Below are positions 39,433-52,474 of a stretch of 64,000 nt of DNA, one piece after another. This stretch comes from Massalongia carnosa (taxonomy: Eukaryota). The translations under genes and the position numbers were made by a program. The DNA is taken from the NCBI GenBank assembly GCA_965645245.1, contig OZ287067.1, positions 372,001-436,000 on the forward strand, written 5' to 3'. The notes under the pieces are model-generated. The model was not told the origin of the DNA. It did no database searches and saw only the letters and a list, made by a program, of their open reading frames with translations. Position 1 is the first letter of the stretch; each line of letters opens with the position of its first letter.

Positions 39433-42400
39433 ATGGCTCCCAACACTACCAATTATGGGGATGACTCCCTTACGGATCAAAGAGCTCGCGAGACTGGTAT
39501 CTGGGAAGACATCAAGGCACTTGGCCCAGATTCAGGTCCCGAAGTCCTGGCCTTAATGGAAGAACTCCTATCTAAAGGGAAACCCTACGCTGACAGAACT
39601 ATGATGGTACGCGCGATTTGTCCCCCTTGTTCGGCGGATATTTCTAACCTTCCTCGATAATAGGCGGAACGCGTCATTCAACTAACAGCATCTTTGCCTC
39701 GCTCATCCAAATTGCGAGAGAAGCTTTCCACATCTCTAGTCAAAATACATTGGGGTTCTCTTCAGCATCCTCCTCAGTCTTACTATGGTGACGAGTTCCA
39801 GTATCGGACGGCCGATGGTTCTTATAACGTAAGTTTTCTTTAGAAGTCAAGAAAAGTTCTTATCTGATACAGTCATTAGAATGTTATGATCCCTCACCTC
39901 GGGAAGGCTGGCATGCCGTACGCAAAATCAGTGCGGTCTGTTAAGGGGCTTCATGGAGCGAAGCCAGACCCCGGTCTTCTCTTTGATTGTTCGTCTCTCT
40001 GTATTATGTCTCTTACCGTTGTTGCAAGTTAACCCCTTTTGCAGTATTGATGGCAAGACCCGATGGGAAATTCCGGGAAAACGAAGCAGGAATAAATAGC
40101 ATATTATTCTACCATGCTACAGTCATTATACACGGTATTTTCCTCCAATAAGGGTTTTTTATTCCAATCTAAAAATCTGCTAAGACCTTTTTCGAACCAA
40201 CCGCCTGGATTCTAGAATTAGTGACACATCTTCTTATCTGGATCTTTCCCCGCTTTATGGCAAAGATCAGGCCGCGCAAGATACTGTGAGAACCTTTAAA
40301 GATGGGAGACTGAAACCTGATACATTTGCCGAAGAACGACTTTTAGGCCAACCGCCAGGATCATGCGTCATGCTCATCATGTACAGCAGATTCCATAATT
40401 ATGTTGCAGAAAATCTAGCAGCAATAAACGAGGATGGACGGTTCAGTTTACCGCGGCAAGATAGCTCAGCCTTTGAAGCTGGGCTCAAAAAAAGGGACAA
40501 TGATCTTTTTCAAACCGCCAGGCTGTATGTTGGAAATCTGAAGATTTCAAACCTCCATATGGATAAGCTAACGCTATCGCTTGTAGTGTTGTCTGCGGAT
40601 TATACATGAATATTACCTTACACGATTATATTCGTGCAATCATCAACATCCACCATTCAGATTCATCATGGACCATGGATCCACGGGGAGATATTATTAA
40701 TTCGGATGGTTCACGGGCTGTAGAGCGCGGCGTTGGCAATCAAGTTTCAGCAGAGTTCAACTTGCTATATCGATTTCATTCTGCCGTATCTCAAAGGGAT
40801 GCTAAGTGGACCGCAAAATTTTTTGGGGGAATATATGGAGACAAAAGGCCGGAAGACCTCGACATCAACGAATTCATAGCTGGGGTCGCTGCTTTTGAGA
40901 GTAAAATTCCCAGCGAACCGAGTGAACGGGTCTTTGGAGGACTGACCCGAGACCCAAATACCGGCTGCTTCGACGATGGCGCTATGGTACAAATTCTCAA
41001 AGACAGCATGGAAGACCCTGCTGGTATGTCGATCACTGTTGCTTCGGAAGAAGCCCAGGCTCTAACATCATTGGTCTCGTGTTAATGTAGGGGCTTTCGG
41101 TGCGAGAAATGTCCCGAAAAATCTGCGAATAGTCGAGATCCTCGGGATATTGCAATCAAGAAAATGGTGAGGTACCTCTGTGAGCCGTTCCTAAAATGCA
41201 TGTTAACAGCTACGCAGGCAATCGGCAACGTTGAACGAGTTCCGTCAGTTCTTTGGGCTGAAAGTTTATGACAAATTTGAGGAGATCAACCCTGACCCAG
41301 AGATTGCCGATCTACTTCGCAAGCTCTATGATTCTCCAGATATGGTTGAGCTTTATCCTGGATTTTTTGTCGAAGAAAACAAACCACGTATGGACCCTGG
41401 ATCCGGGATTGGAATCAATTTTACCGCGGGTAGGGCCGTCCTTTCTGATGCTGTCGGCTTCATCAGGGGAGACAGGTTCTACACAGTAGTAAGTATCGAT
41501 GCGCGCAAGAGAAAATCTTTCTCGTTTTTGTCAAAACTGTAAGCATACGCTTATACAATTCCAGGACTACACCTCTGCTACATTGACGCCTTGGGGAATG
41601 GCCGAAGTTCAGCAAGATTATGATATTCTTGGAGGCTCCATGCTCTATCGGCTCATTCACCGTGCATTTCCTGGACGTTTTCAGTTCAATAGCATTTACG
41701 TCATGCAACCAATGTACACGCCAGCAACGAATCAAGAAATCGCGAAAAAGTTCGGAACTTTGGATCAATACTCTCTTGCTTCTCCGGTAACAAACCCTAA
41801 GCTTACGATACTCGACACGCAGGCTGCCATCTCTCTTGTTATGAACGATCACAAGAATTTTAAGGCAAGCTACGAGAACAAGCTATCAGACTTACAGTTC
41901 GCCGATTTTCTGCTATGCGGAGACTACTCAACCGATCGAGCAAACCAAACATTTTTGGGCACACGAGTAGCAAATTGCCCTGGAGGACTCAACTTGTTCT
42001 CAAAGAGCATTGAATCTACGATGCGCAAGATCCTTGAAAGAGAGTCGTATAAGCTGAAAGATGTATACCAGGTTGATATGTCAAAAGAGTGAGATAAGAC
42101 TTCCCCAAAATTTCGTTGTTAACTAACCTATTCGGCAGCGTTGCTCGAGTCGTGATGGTCCATGTACATGCCGAGTTCTTGAATCTTCCATTGGCTGCGG
42201 ATCGAGAGGACAAAAATGGGCTTTCTGAAGAGGAAATGTATCGACACTTAGAGACATATGTGAATTATATCTTGATCGATAATGATCCTGCTGAGTCGTG
42301 GAGACTCCGACGTCAAGCGAAAGCAAGTTATGAGAAGCTTAAAGCGGCAACTGAGGGCCTTATTCACAGCACTCAGCGAAGCGACGGGTTTCTAGGCCAT

Positions 42401-43313
42401 GTCTTTGGCGGCGCCGCTGCCCCATCTGGATCGCTAAGGGAGATGGGCCAGAAGCTAACCAAAGATCTCTTACATGCAGGGTATAGTGTGGAGAAAACGG
42501 CAACAACTCTATACAGTATCGCATCGAGTGGAGTTGCGCCCACCGCAAGTTTGGTGAGTTTTACATTGCAAGGATAGTGCATCTTCAGTTTCTTCGTTCA
42601 TCTAACACATTTTAAAGTTCGTGCAAATCCTCGATTGGCTTCTAAGGGCTGAAAATGCGAAACACTGGGCTGCTGTACGGGCTTTGGTTGCAGAAAATAC
42701 AGCGTCATCATACGATAATCTCAAAAAGTACCTTCTCGAAGCCGGGCGATACCAATCATTCTTTTCGGCAAGCCGCGTTTGCATCTCAAATGAAGGTGTA
42801 ACCCTTAAATTGGGAGGTTCTCAAGACGACCATGTGACATTGAAAAAGGGTGACGTTGTTCTAGCCAATTATGTGAGTATGAGTAAATCATCTAGAGAAA
42901 TGGTATCCACATACGCCGCCGTTGACTGATTCACCAATTTTGTGGTTCGCAGTCAGCAGCTACCCAAGACCCCAAAATATATCCAGACCCCAAAGAATTC
43001 AAGCTTGAGCGTCCAATCGATTCTTACCAACTTCTTGGCTGGGAGCCTCATCCCTGCATTGGCCGAGACATCGTTATTGTCGCTCTGGCATCGATGGTCA
43101 AGGTCTCAGCTACGCTCAAGAATCTGAGAAGAGCCCCAGGCCCGCAGGGCCAAGTAAAGTTTGTTCCGGGTCCTCTGGGGAGCAAAAGGTTCCTCTCAGA
43201 TGATTGGTCTCACTTTCAGCCATTTCCTGGCGGTAGGTCCAACTATCGGGACTTCTCGGGTAGCCTTTACTGACGAGTTGATAGCTTGGAAAGTACACTT
43301 TGATAATCTTTAG
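39433..43313 (+). CDS. fatty-acid dioxygenase-cytochrome P450 fusion (Ppo / linoleate diol synthase family), about 13 exons
   Basis: LQHPPQSY, YRTADGSYN, ATVIIHDLF (distal His), SSYLDLSPLYG, EFNLLYRFHS (catalytic Tyr, proximal His), GDRFYT. P450 part: EAGR (ExxR), PKEFKLER, GWEPHPCIG (heme Cys). No lesions seen. Confidence 0.93.
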
Positions 43314-44044
43314 CTTCTGCCACTTTCGCAAGGATTCAAGTGAGATTTTTTGCTATGGTTTGTATGTTGCAGCTTGTTTACCGCACTTTTTAGTCATCTA
43401 TATGGCTTATCAGAGTTACCCTTGTCAATGAAAATTATCCAAATCGATTAACCTTTAGGTATGATTATCACACGATGAAAACAGTCGATACATATGCTAC
43501 TTTTCTTGGATGTTTGTCTCTCACAAAGCCTACCCCTCATGTTGCCAACCCTAGCAATCCCTTGACTTTGTGATCAAGCTCCTCGCTACCGCGGAAGCCT
43601 CGAATGCCGTGACTATCACTGTCTATGCTCCCATTAGAGGTAGCTCTAGCGTGAGAGAAAGAGCGTTGAATTCTTACCTATCGACTACAAATAGCTTGAC
43701 CTTAAAGAAGAGTCCAGCTCGGCCCTCTCCAGTTTTCCTATTTATACGGGAAGAAACCCAGCCTTGATTTCCATTCCATGATAATGTTGGCCCGGACGGT
43801 CGTTGATGCAACCCCACCCCCTTATCCTGAGACACTGTAAGGGAAAGTATCTATGTAGAAATACATCCAACGTTCACTATAAACGAATGAGCGGCTAGAG
43901 CAATTGCACTCAGGTATTGCACAAGCCTCATCAAGGCTGTTACAGAATCTAAGAATACCGGTCTAGCAGACAGTAAGACAATGAAAAAAATCCACAACAT
44001 TTTGTTTATCAATTACCACTGAATAACTAGATGATTGAGTGGAT

Positions 44045-44496
44045 GATGATGTATTCATACTCCGGTATGACACCGGCCGTAGGCCGGCCCATGCGGGCAA
44101 AGCTATCTATGTAAGTTATGTTACATGGAAAACCTTTCATAGGTGTAAAAACCATATCCCTTGATACCCGTCCAATGTGACTACGGGTCGATGTCGGGCG
44201 GGAGACGCAGTGCAAAAGACGTGTGGGAACTGTAATGCCTTGTGAAAAGAGAAGAAAGAAAGAAAGGTTCAACTATTGTTGATTGTACAATAATGTTGAT
44301 GCTAGTGAGAATTGATTCAATAAGCCTGTTTTCATTAGCCAAGCAGTTAGTATCTTCAGAGTTTTTGATGATGCGGTCAGCTGCTGATAGTCGCTCGTGC
44401 CGGCGGCGCGAAACATCTGTTCTCTATTGTCAATAAGTCTGCAGAACATGAGTACATGTTCTGGAGTTTGTCTGTGCCAGCCACATGAGCAGGCCG
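44045..44496 (-). mobile_element. 5'-truncated Tad-like LINE fragment
   Basis: 12-bp TSD GATTGAGTGGAT (44033-44044, 44497-44508). Peptide ACSCGWHRQTPEHVLMFC...LTAWLMKTGLL is homologous to the 3834-4692 LINE. (ATC)n tail. Confidence 0.88.
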
Positions 44497-44563
44497 GATT
44501 GAGTGGATAACTCATGCTGAGTAATTCTTTCAGTGAGTTATTGACTACAGAGTACGAACAGTG

Positions 44564-45033
44564 TATAGTTCCCTGCTAAAAGTCTGCGTCCCGAAGTAGT
44601 TTTACACCAAATTACGTACTTTTTAAGAATTTATTATATAACATACAGTTAAAGAATTTTTTCATCAAGATTCTTTGAACAGTTTTTAACAAAGAATTTA
44701 AAGTATACGATTTCGAATTTATTTTATCTAGGTTTATGATACGCAATGTATCGATGTATTAAACAGAAGTTGAAATTTAAAGATTTCTATACAAAAATAA
44801 GCGAAATTGGTTGAAATTAATATTCTCTTTATGAAACATGAATACAGAACATACGGAGTAGAATAAAGAAGAATTCAAAAATCGTAGTACTACAGATTGA
44901 TTCTTTCAAGAATCTCTTTTATTAAAAACAGAATCTAACAAATTGCTTAACTATGTATGTATAATAAATTTTCAGAAAGTACAGGTTTGGTGTAAAACTG
45001 CCTCAGGACGCAGACTTTTGGCCTAGTACTGTA
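44564..45033. mobile_element. AT-rich Tc1/mariner-type MITE
   Basis: Imperfect inverted repeats GCTAAAAGTCTGCGTCCCGAAGTAGTTTTACACCAAA (44575-44611) / 44986-45022, differing by four transitions. Extends to TA-(C/T)AGT...ACTG-TA ends. Non-coding AT-rich interior. Confidence 0.78.
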
Positions 45034-45242
45034 ACTTTAGCCTGCCCTGCATGAAACGCTTACCTAAGCCTCATCAAGGGTCTTTGGTGACGATGAGGAC
45101 ATGACAATGCATAGAGGATGATCAGGCTCACGTTCCCCTTCCCTAATGATGATAATAATACTCTCGTCATGATGCTTGATTCTATGATTTGATGATTTCA
45201 TAATTCATCCTCATAGTCAAAACCTACCTTGATAGTTCTGCT

Positions 45243-46641
45243 ATGGAGCGCATCCGCAAAGCGCTCAAGCGGCGCGCGTCGGTGTCCTATGAGCCTCTCA
45301 ACGGCAACGCTGAAAATGAGCATATCAGTATCACCCCCAAAAGCTTGCCATTCTCGTGGCTCGAGTACTCCATCTTCCTGCTCCTCGGCATCGCCATGCT
45401 CTGGGCCTGGTAAAATCCCCTCTCCTTCCTCATCCTGTCAACCACGACGCTAACCCCGTGGGAATAGGAACATGTTCCTCGTCGCCTTTCCTTACTTCCA
45501 GTCCCGGTTTGCATCGAACCCTTGGCTTCTGACTCACTTTCCTTCCGCCATACTCTCCACATCTACGGTCACAAACTTCCTAGCCATGATCTTACTTACG
45601 CATCTCCAACGGCACGCCAACTACCCTCAGCGCATCACCCTCTCCCTTCTCCTGAATATCTCCGCCTTTACCCTCTTAGCCCTCTCCACTGTTTTCTTCA
45701 GTACGGTATCCCCCAGAATATACTTCGCATTCATCATGATCGTGGTCTTTACAGCCAGCTTGGCCGCAGCCCTGTGCCAGAATGGCATCTTTGCATATGC
45801 GGGAAGCCTTGGGAAGGGAGAGTACACTCAGGGCATCATGACGGGGCAGGCGGTCGCGGGCGTTCTCCCTTGCATCGCACAAATTGTGTCGGTGCTCTCG
45901 GTTCCGAAAACGGACGCTGGACCTGGCTCAGGGCAGGAAAGCCCTAAATCTGCATTTGCCTATTTCATGACGGCAACGGGCATTTCGTCATTCGCACTGT
46001 TCGCATTCTCGATCCTCATCCGCCGGCATGGCGTTAGCCAAACTAAATCAATTCTCAACGCATCCATCCACGACAACGACGACGAGCCGACAGAGCGGAA
46101 AGTCGTCCGCATGCGCACGCTCTTCTCCAAGCTGCGCTGGCTTGCGTTTGGAGTCAGCATCACCTTCGCGACGACAATGCTCTTCCCCGTCTTCACGCAG
46201 GAGATATTCAGCGTGCGGGCCTCTGACCCTTCCTCTCCGCGCCTCCTCCACAACAACGCCACCTTCATCGCCCTCGCCTTCCTATGCTGGAACACCGGCG
46301 ACCTGACCGGCCGCTTGCTGACGCTCATCCCCAGCCTGGCGGCCCTGACGCGGCGCCCGCGCATGGTGTTTCTTCTGTCCGTCCTACGCGTTGGGTATGT
46401 ACCGCTTTATCTGCTGTGCAACATCCGCGGGCGCGGCGCCGTGGTGGTCAGCGACGCCTTTTACCTGCTCGGCGTGCAGTTCCTGTTCGGCGTGTCGAAC
46501 GGGTATTTGGGCAGCGTGTGCATGATCGGCGCGGGCCTGTGGGTGGACCCTGAGGAGCGCGAGGCGGCCGGCAGTTTCATGGGGCTGATGCTCTGTGGCG
46601 GTCTGACGATGGGGAGTTTGCTCAGTTTTTCTGTGGCGTAA
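45243..46641 (+). CDS. equilibrative nucleoside transporter (FUN26/ENT family), 2 exons
   Basis: FLLLGIAMLWAW^NMFL, YTQGIMTGQAVAGV, FPVFT, WNTGDLTGR, FGVSNGYLGS, EREAAG. Multiple TM helices. Intron 45410-45467. Confidence 0.92.
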
Positions 46642-47736
46642 TGGGTCGGTTCCGAGGGGCTGGTTTCCTAGGTTTCGTGGGGATTTTGGTTGTTTTTTAA
46701 AGGTTGAAAGGTTTGGGGAGGGGGGCGGAGAAAGAGTAGGTAGGATAGCGCGCAAAGGCTAGGTGGGAAGGCTGGGGAAATTCTATACTATTATGTAGGT
46801 AGTATATCTCTCCATCTATATCTCTTCTCTACTCTCCTCTGCTCGCTCGGAAAAAAACAGAAACAAAAAGAAATAATAAACCTTTTCTCTCTCCCACTCC
46901 CCCCCTCATATTTTTCCTTCCTTATTTTGATATCATTTTTTACACAACCCCCCTCCCCCCTTCCCTTCCCAAAAACCGCCCCTAACCACCACCACCCAGA
47001 TCTCACCTTCCCCTCCCAGAGACACATGAAGAATAGTCCTTCCCCACCCCCAAGCAAAGAGCGGAGATTTGCAAAGATATCTATCTCTATCTTTATCTAA
47101 ACCATTCCACCACCGAAAACTCCATCCAGCATAACCCCAAAGCTTCCCAAGCAAGCCAAGCAAACCCGCTCAAGGTAAGCCAAACCAAGGAGGGCGGGGG
47201 CAGGGGTTGAAAAAGAGAAAGATTCTCTCGAAACCTGGAGACTCTGGTCGTCTAATAACGAGAAGATAGAAAATTTTTTAAATGTACATGTATTGATTGC
47301 TTGTTTTACATGCTTGCATGCATGTATGTATGGGATGCGGGAAAAGGAGAAAAAGGCATCAAGAAGCTAGCAAGTTCACGGACGTATGAGCGGAGAAAGA
47401 GAGAGAGAAGGGGGGGGGAATAGGGAGGGGGGTTGGTTTTGGCGAGTCTGGCTTTCTTTGGGGCTTTTTAAAAAAAGAGGGAAAAGTTATACATGAGGTT
47501 GGGTGAATTTTTATTGATTGGTTGATTGATAAGGTATGTGATCTGAAAGAGGAGGGGAATGAGGATCGAAGAGGGCAGGTGTTTTTAGACGCCGCCGCCA
47601 CCCACCGGCTTAATACGGGGGTTTTCTCCAGAATGCTCCGAGCTATGTGTGCATGAGGTCTCAGAGCGCGAGGGGTGGGACGAGTATGGCCTATAAGGAA
47701 GGCCGGTTGAGGATCCACGTGTCCTCGCTGAGAGTT

Positions 47737-50285
47737 TCATTTCCCCGCCTTCCTTGCCGCGTCAGCCCGTAACCTAGAATCAGCCTCCTCATCCACCTCA
47801 TCGTCTTCCTGCTCCAACTCATCGTGGCGAATATCGTCCGGGTCGTCCGTATCCGCCCGGTTCGGCGGGGGCGGCGCCGAGGGTTTTACCGTGGCGATCT
47901 CCCCGCCGCTCATCTGCCACTCCATGAGCTTGGTGAAGGCGCCGGTAGGATTCTTGCTTAGATCGGCATAAGGGCCTTGCTCGGCGACCTGGCCATCGGC
48001 AGAGAGGACGATGATGGTGTCGGAGCGCTTGATCGTGGAGAGCCGGTGCGCAATCGAGATGGTTGTGTTGTTGCCTTTGAGAAGGGCGGAGAGGGCAGAG
48101 TTAACAAGGGTTTCAGACTCGGCGTCGAGAGCAGACGTCGCTGGGTAGGTTTGTTAGCGTGCACGACCAGGGGAAATGTGCGGGGATAAAATCCGCAAAA
48201 CAGAGGCATTACCTTCATCAAGGATCAAGATGTCTGGATTCTTGACTAAAGCTCTGGCGATGGCTATGCGCTGCTTCTGTCCACCAGACAGTTGGGTGCC
48301 ACGTGCGCCGACGGATGTCTCCAGGCCATCGGGAAGGCCGCTGATGAATTGTTGGCAATTCGCCTGTCGGGCAGCAGCGAGGATCTCCGCCCGCGAAGCA
48401 TGGGGCTTTCCGTAGGCAATATTTTCTGCGATCGTGCCTGAAAATAGCACAGGCTCTTGAGCGACGAGGCCTATTCGTCGGCGTAGAGATTTAATGTTCA
48501 TCGTGTTGATATCTACTCCATCGATCTTGATGGCTCCCTGCGTCGGCGTATAGAAACGGAGCAAAAGCGACGAGATAGTCGATTTCCCGCCGCCTGAAGG
48601 CCCAACAATGGCGACATTTGATCCTTGGGGAATCTCAAAGTCGAGGTTGTTGAATATGTTGACCCCCGGTCGAGTGGGATAGCTGAAGGAGAGATTCTCG
48701 AATCTAATAGGTCCACGAGCAGATTTAACTTGCACGCCCACGGTTGGAGATATGGTTGGCTTCCTGTCCTGCATCTCGAATAGCCGGGTAGCAGCCCCAA
48801 CGCCCTTCATTAGCTCGGAGTAAAAATTAGACAGTCCAACCAGGCTACCCCCAGCATACGCCGTGTACATTAAGAAAGATGTCAGTTCCCCGATGGTGAT
48901 TTCCCCCGTTTTGACCATGTTGCCACCGATATAGAGCATAATAAGTATCGTCATATTACCAGCCAGGGTATTCTGCATCACGTCAGTACTGGCACGGAGA
49001 CTGGTTAAAGGCTACTTACAGCACCATAATACGCCGCAGAATAGAGCCCCTCCCGTACACCGAGTCTGAATATCTTTTTGGTTTGTTTGTTGTACCGAGC
49101 AACCTCCAAGATCTCACCAGCAAATGCTTGGCTCGTCCTAACATTCCCCAACCTCTCCTCAGCAATCTTCGTCAAAGTTCCTAGATTCTCCTGAATCTTA
49201 CGGCTAAGGTTTCGTACAACTCTACCGTAGAGCAGTGATCCAATAGCTACTGGAGGTCCAATGATAGCCAGGACGGCTGTAAGCTTAAGGCTGACGTATG
49301 CCATCGCTGCAATGCCTGCCCCTCCACTGACAATAGACCGCAGTCCATCGGAAAGGTTTTGCGTTATACTTTTCCCAACGATGATAGTGTCTGATCCTAG
49401 TCGAGATATGAGGTCTCCAGTCCTGTTTGCATCAAAGAATTCTGCATTCTGAGCATAAGTCTGGCGAAAGAGCTGAGACCGTAACTTGGTAACGATCCGT
49501 TCTCCAACAACACGTAGTGTTATGATACGCCCATATGTCGCCCCAGCTCCGACGATGAATAGCCCGCCCAGGCCAATGTAAAAGGTTGTGAGATCGAAAC
49601 CGAACAGTATCTCCGCCCCCCCGTCCGATTTGGTTGCCAAATCAAGAATCTTCCCGATTGAGAAAGGAATTGAGATTGAGATCACCGATGATACCATCAG
49701 AAAGCCGAAAGCAAGCGTGAGGATTTTAGTTTCCCCTTTGGCAATACTGAGCAGCCTCCACACTTCTCGAAAACCGCCCCATTTGCCTGTAGTTTTTCCT
49801 GCCGTCAGACGTGCGCTAAGGTTAAGCTGCGCAACCTTCTCTGCCTTCTCGGGCGGTCTAAATGCTTGTTCTGCTTCTCTGTGTTCTTGTTCGATGTCCT
49901 TCACCTTAGCCTGAAGCTTGGCTACTTTGTCTTCGGGGGGGACTTGGCCCCTAGAGGTCTCTGGTTTCGAACGGATTTTCAGATCTGGCGTAACTCGTAC
50001 ATTCGTATCATGATTTTTAGATGTAAAAGAGAAGGCTCGAGCCAAGTGTACTGTCGACAATGGCCGGGGGGTGGAGTCGAAGACCCGGGCGCGAATGAAG
50101 TCAATTCTTAGAGAGTCGCCAGAGAAAAAGGCTGAACTGACGCGGGTTACTGAGAATGCATCAAGGTTGCCAGGCGCAAACAACTGAGAGGGGCCATGCC
50201 CATGCAGAGCTGCCGGGCGCGAGCTTGCTATGATGGGAGCGGAAGCTTTGCAAGCACGTTGACAGAGTAGCTTAGACCGCTGCAT
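47737..50285 (-). CDS. MDL1: mitochondrial half-size ABC transporter (Mdl1/Mdl2, ABCB10-like), 3 exons
   Basis: Presequence-like N-terminus and ABC membrane domain (FFDANRTGDLISRL). Walker A GPSGGGKS, signature LSGGQKQRIAIARA, Walker B ILILDE^ATSALD, IAHRLSTI. Confidence 0.9.
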
Positions 50286-51109
50286 AGCTTCGGAATTTGC
50301 GTTCCGGCCACCACGGCTTCCGAAATTGATATAGATTGATTGTATGGAATATCATTGCTATAGAAAAATGAGCACAATGATAGATTTTGATTGAGGAGAA
50401 ATTCCACCAAGGAGCTAGCAGCAACCGGTGATGACGCGCATCATCTCGAAGGAGCCCCCTGCTTGATGCCAGGACCACTCGGCAAATCAGTCATCATTGC
50501 TCTACTCTGTATTCTGTACCAAATAATGTATTGGGTTACTCCTTCAAACAGAACACATAGCTCGAGATCTCAAAGGTCCAAAAATAGCAGTCTTCATTAT
50601 ACCAGCATTACGTTCACCTTAATGGCAACATTTTCTGGCCTTATTACAAGAAAAGGAAGTCAATAATCTACAGAACTACTCCCTGTATTGTGGGATGGTC
50701 GCCCCTGCGCACAATGACTGAAATCTGCAAGTGCTTTAATCCTTGTCTTCGTAGGAGTTTGCTGCCTCGGGCTGAGCAGAATCATGAGTGAGATGGAGTA
50801 AATAACTATGATCAGAACGCACGAGGAAGCAGCATTTATAGCTCATTAGTCTTTCGATCAAGCATTCTCGCGACACGTTATTTACCTCCCTCAATGATTC
50901 AAATTCGCTGACAACCCAACAATTTATTCTGATAGAGACCAAAAATAATCGACGCCTGGAATTCCATTCGGCGTAGAGACGCGGGTTCCTTTGTTACCCT
51001 ACCCTTTTGCCCCAAGCTTCATGGAATTCTAGAAGTGCCGCAAACGGTATTGAATGCCTAATGGGTGACAAGTACGGAGTAATCCTGACGAGCCAAATTT
51101 AAGAAACGT

Positions 51110-52017
51110 CTACTTCTGCATCATGAGCTGGACGAACTCGTTATCTGCTTGACGATTAGATCCCGCACTACGGAAACATCAACATCGACAAGACGTACAG
51201 TCAATTCGGCCATCACCGTCTTGATCGGCCTCTCGGATCATCTCATCAACCTCATCGTCTGTCAACTTCTCCCCAATGGATGTCATCACGTGGCGTAGTT
51301 CCGCGGCCGAGATGAAGCCATTGTTATCGCGATCGAAAACCTTGAATGCTTCTCGAATTTCCTCTTCAGAATCCGTGTCCTTCATTTTGCGGGCCATCAT
51401 GGTCAAGAATTCTTGTTACGCCGAATAGTTAGCCATATATGCTGTGGTGATATTTTAGATCGTAGGTATACGTGCCTGGGAAGTCAATGGTGCCATTGTT
51501 GTCTGAATCTACCTCATTAATCATGTCTTGAAGTTCCGATTCGCTTGGGTTTTGCCCCAGCGAGCGCATCACTGTCCCCAGCTCTTTTGTAGTAATTTGT
51601 CCTGGCCGCGGATTTTAGATCAGTATGGGTTATCGATGTCTCCGGCATACTCGTCAATTGCAGACAGGAGATTCGTTCTCAACGCTTAGAAGTCGCTCAA
51701 TGTAAATGCTTATGAGCCCAAAGGATTTTGCAATTGCTGCTTGAGTATGGCAAGAAAACATGCCAACTCACCATCACCATCTTTATCCTATACGACAATA
51801 TCGTTAGCCTCCAATAGCGAACACTTCAAACCTCTTAGGGGAATCGACTTACGAAAAGAGAAAAGGCTTCTTTGAATTCGGAGATTTGATCTGGAGTCAG
51901 CTGGGTTTCAGTCTAAATAGTTGAAAAGGTCGTGTTAGATTCTCTTCTGAGCATTATGGTGCACCTGGAGACTTGATGGTGGGGTATATCATTGGGCGAC
52001 TGTGCTGCACGTACCAT
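51110..52017 (-). CDS. CMD1: calmodulin, 6 exons
   Basis: ATG-only first exon, then [20 protein letters not shown]^DKDGDG^[41 protein letters not shown]^[12 protein letters not shown]...DGDGRID^[11 protein letters not shown]. Confidence 0.97.
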
Positions 52018-52474
52018 GACGACGAGAGATAATAACCACAAGATATTTCTTCTGTACTAGGTCGAGCGCTGAATGGTAATTTTGTGTTTGTTGTTTGTGT
52101 CAATCTCAGATATAGCAAGGCTACCACAAAGTTGGAGATAGACGTGATTTCTCATGGGAGGAATCTTAGGGCTGAGAATCTAGGCGGGTATGCGGGGCTG
52201 CGAAGGTGTATCTGGGTTAATGCAGACGGCATAATAATGATCCGGTGCAGCACCCGGAGCGACTGTCCGATAGTCCGATAATTGGGGCACATTCCGGCCC
52301 GAAGAGCCCCCGAGGTTCACCTAATATTTCTTAACGACAACATCACTTCCTTGTTCACTTTGAGAACACATTCATTCCTTGTGATCCTTTATGCTAGATA
52401 GCTACCAATTATGCTACCAACTTCTAAGTAACATACCACCGTCGAAGTCAAGGCTTCGGCCTTGGTGAGCAGCG

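Noticed and set aside
43540..43850. Possible solo LTR downstream of the dioxygenase
   Set aside because: No TG...CA pair with a matching TSD found.
25500..45100. Starship-type giant element
   Set aside because: No tyrosine-recombinase captain gene or boundary repeats seen.
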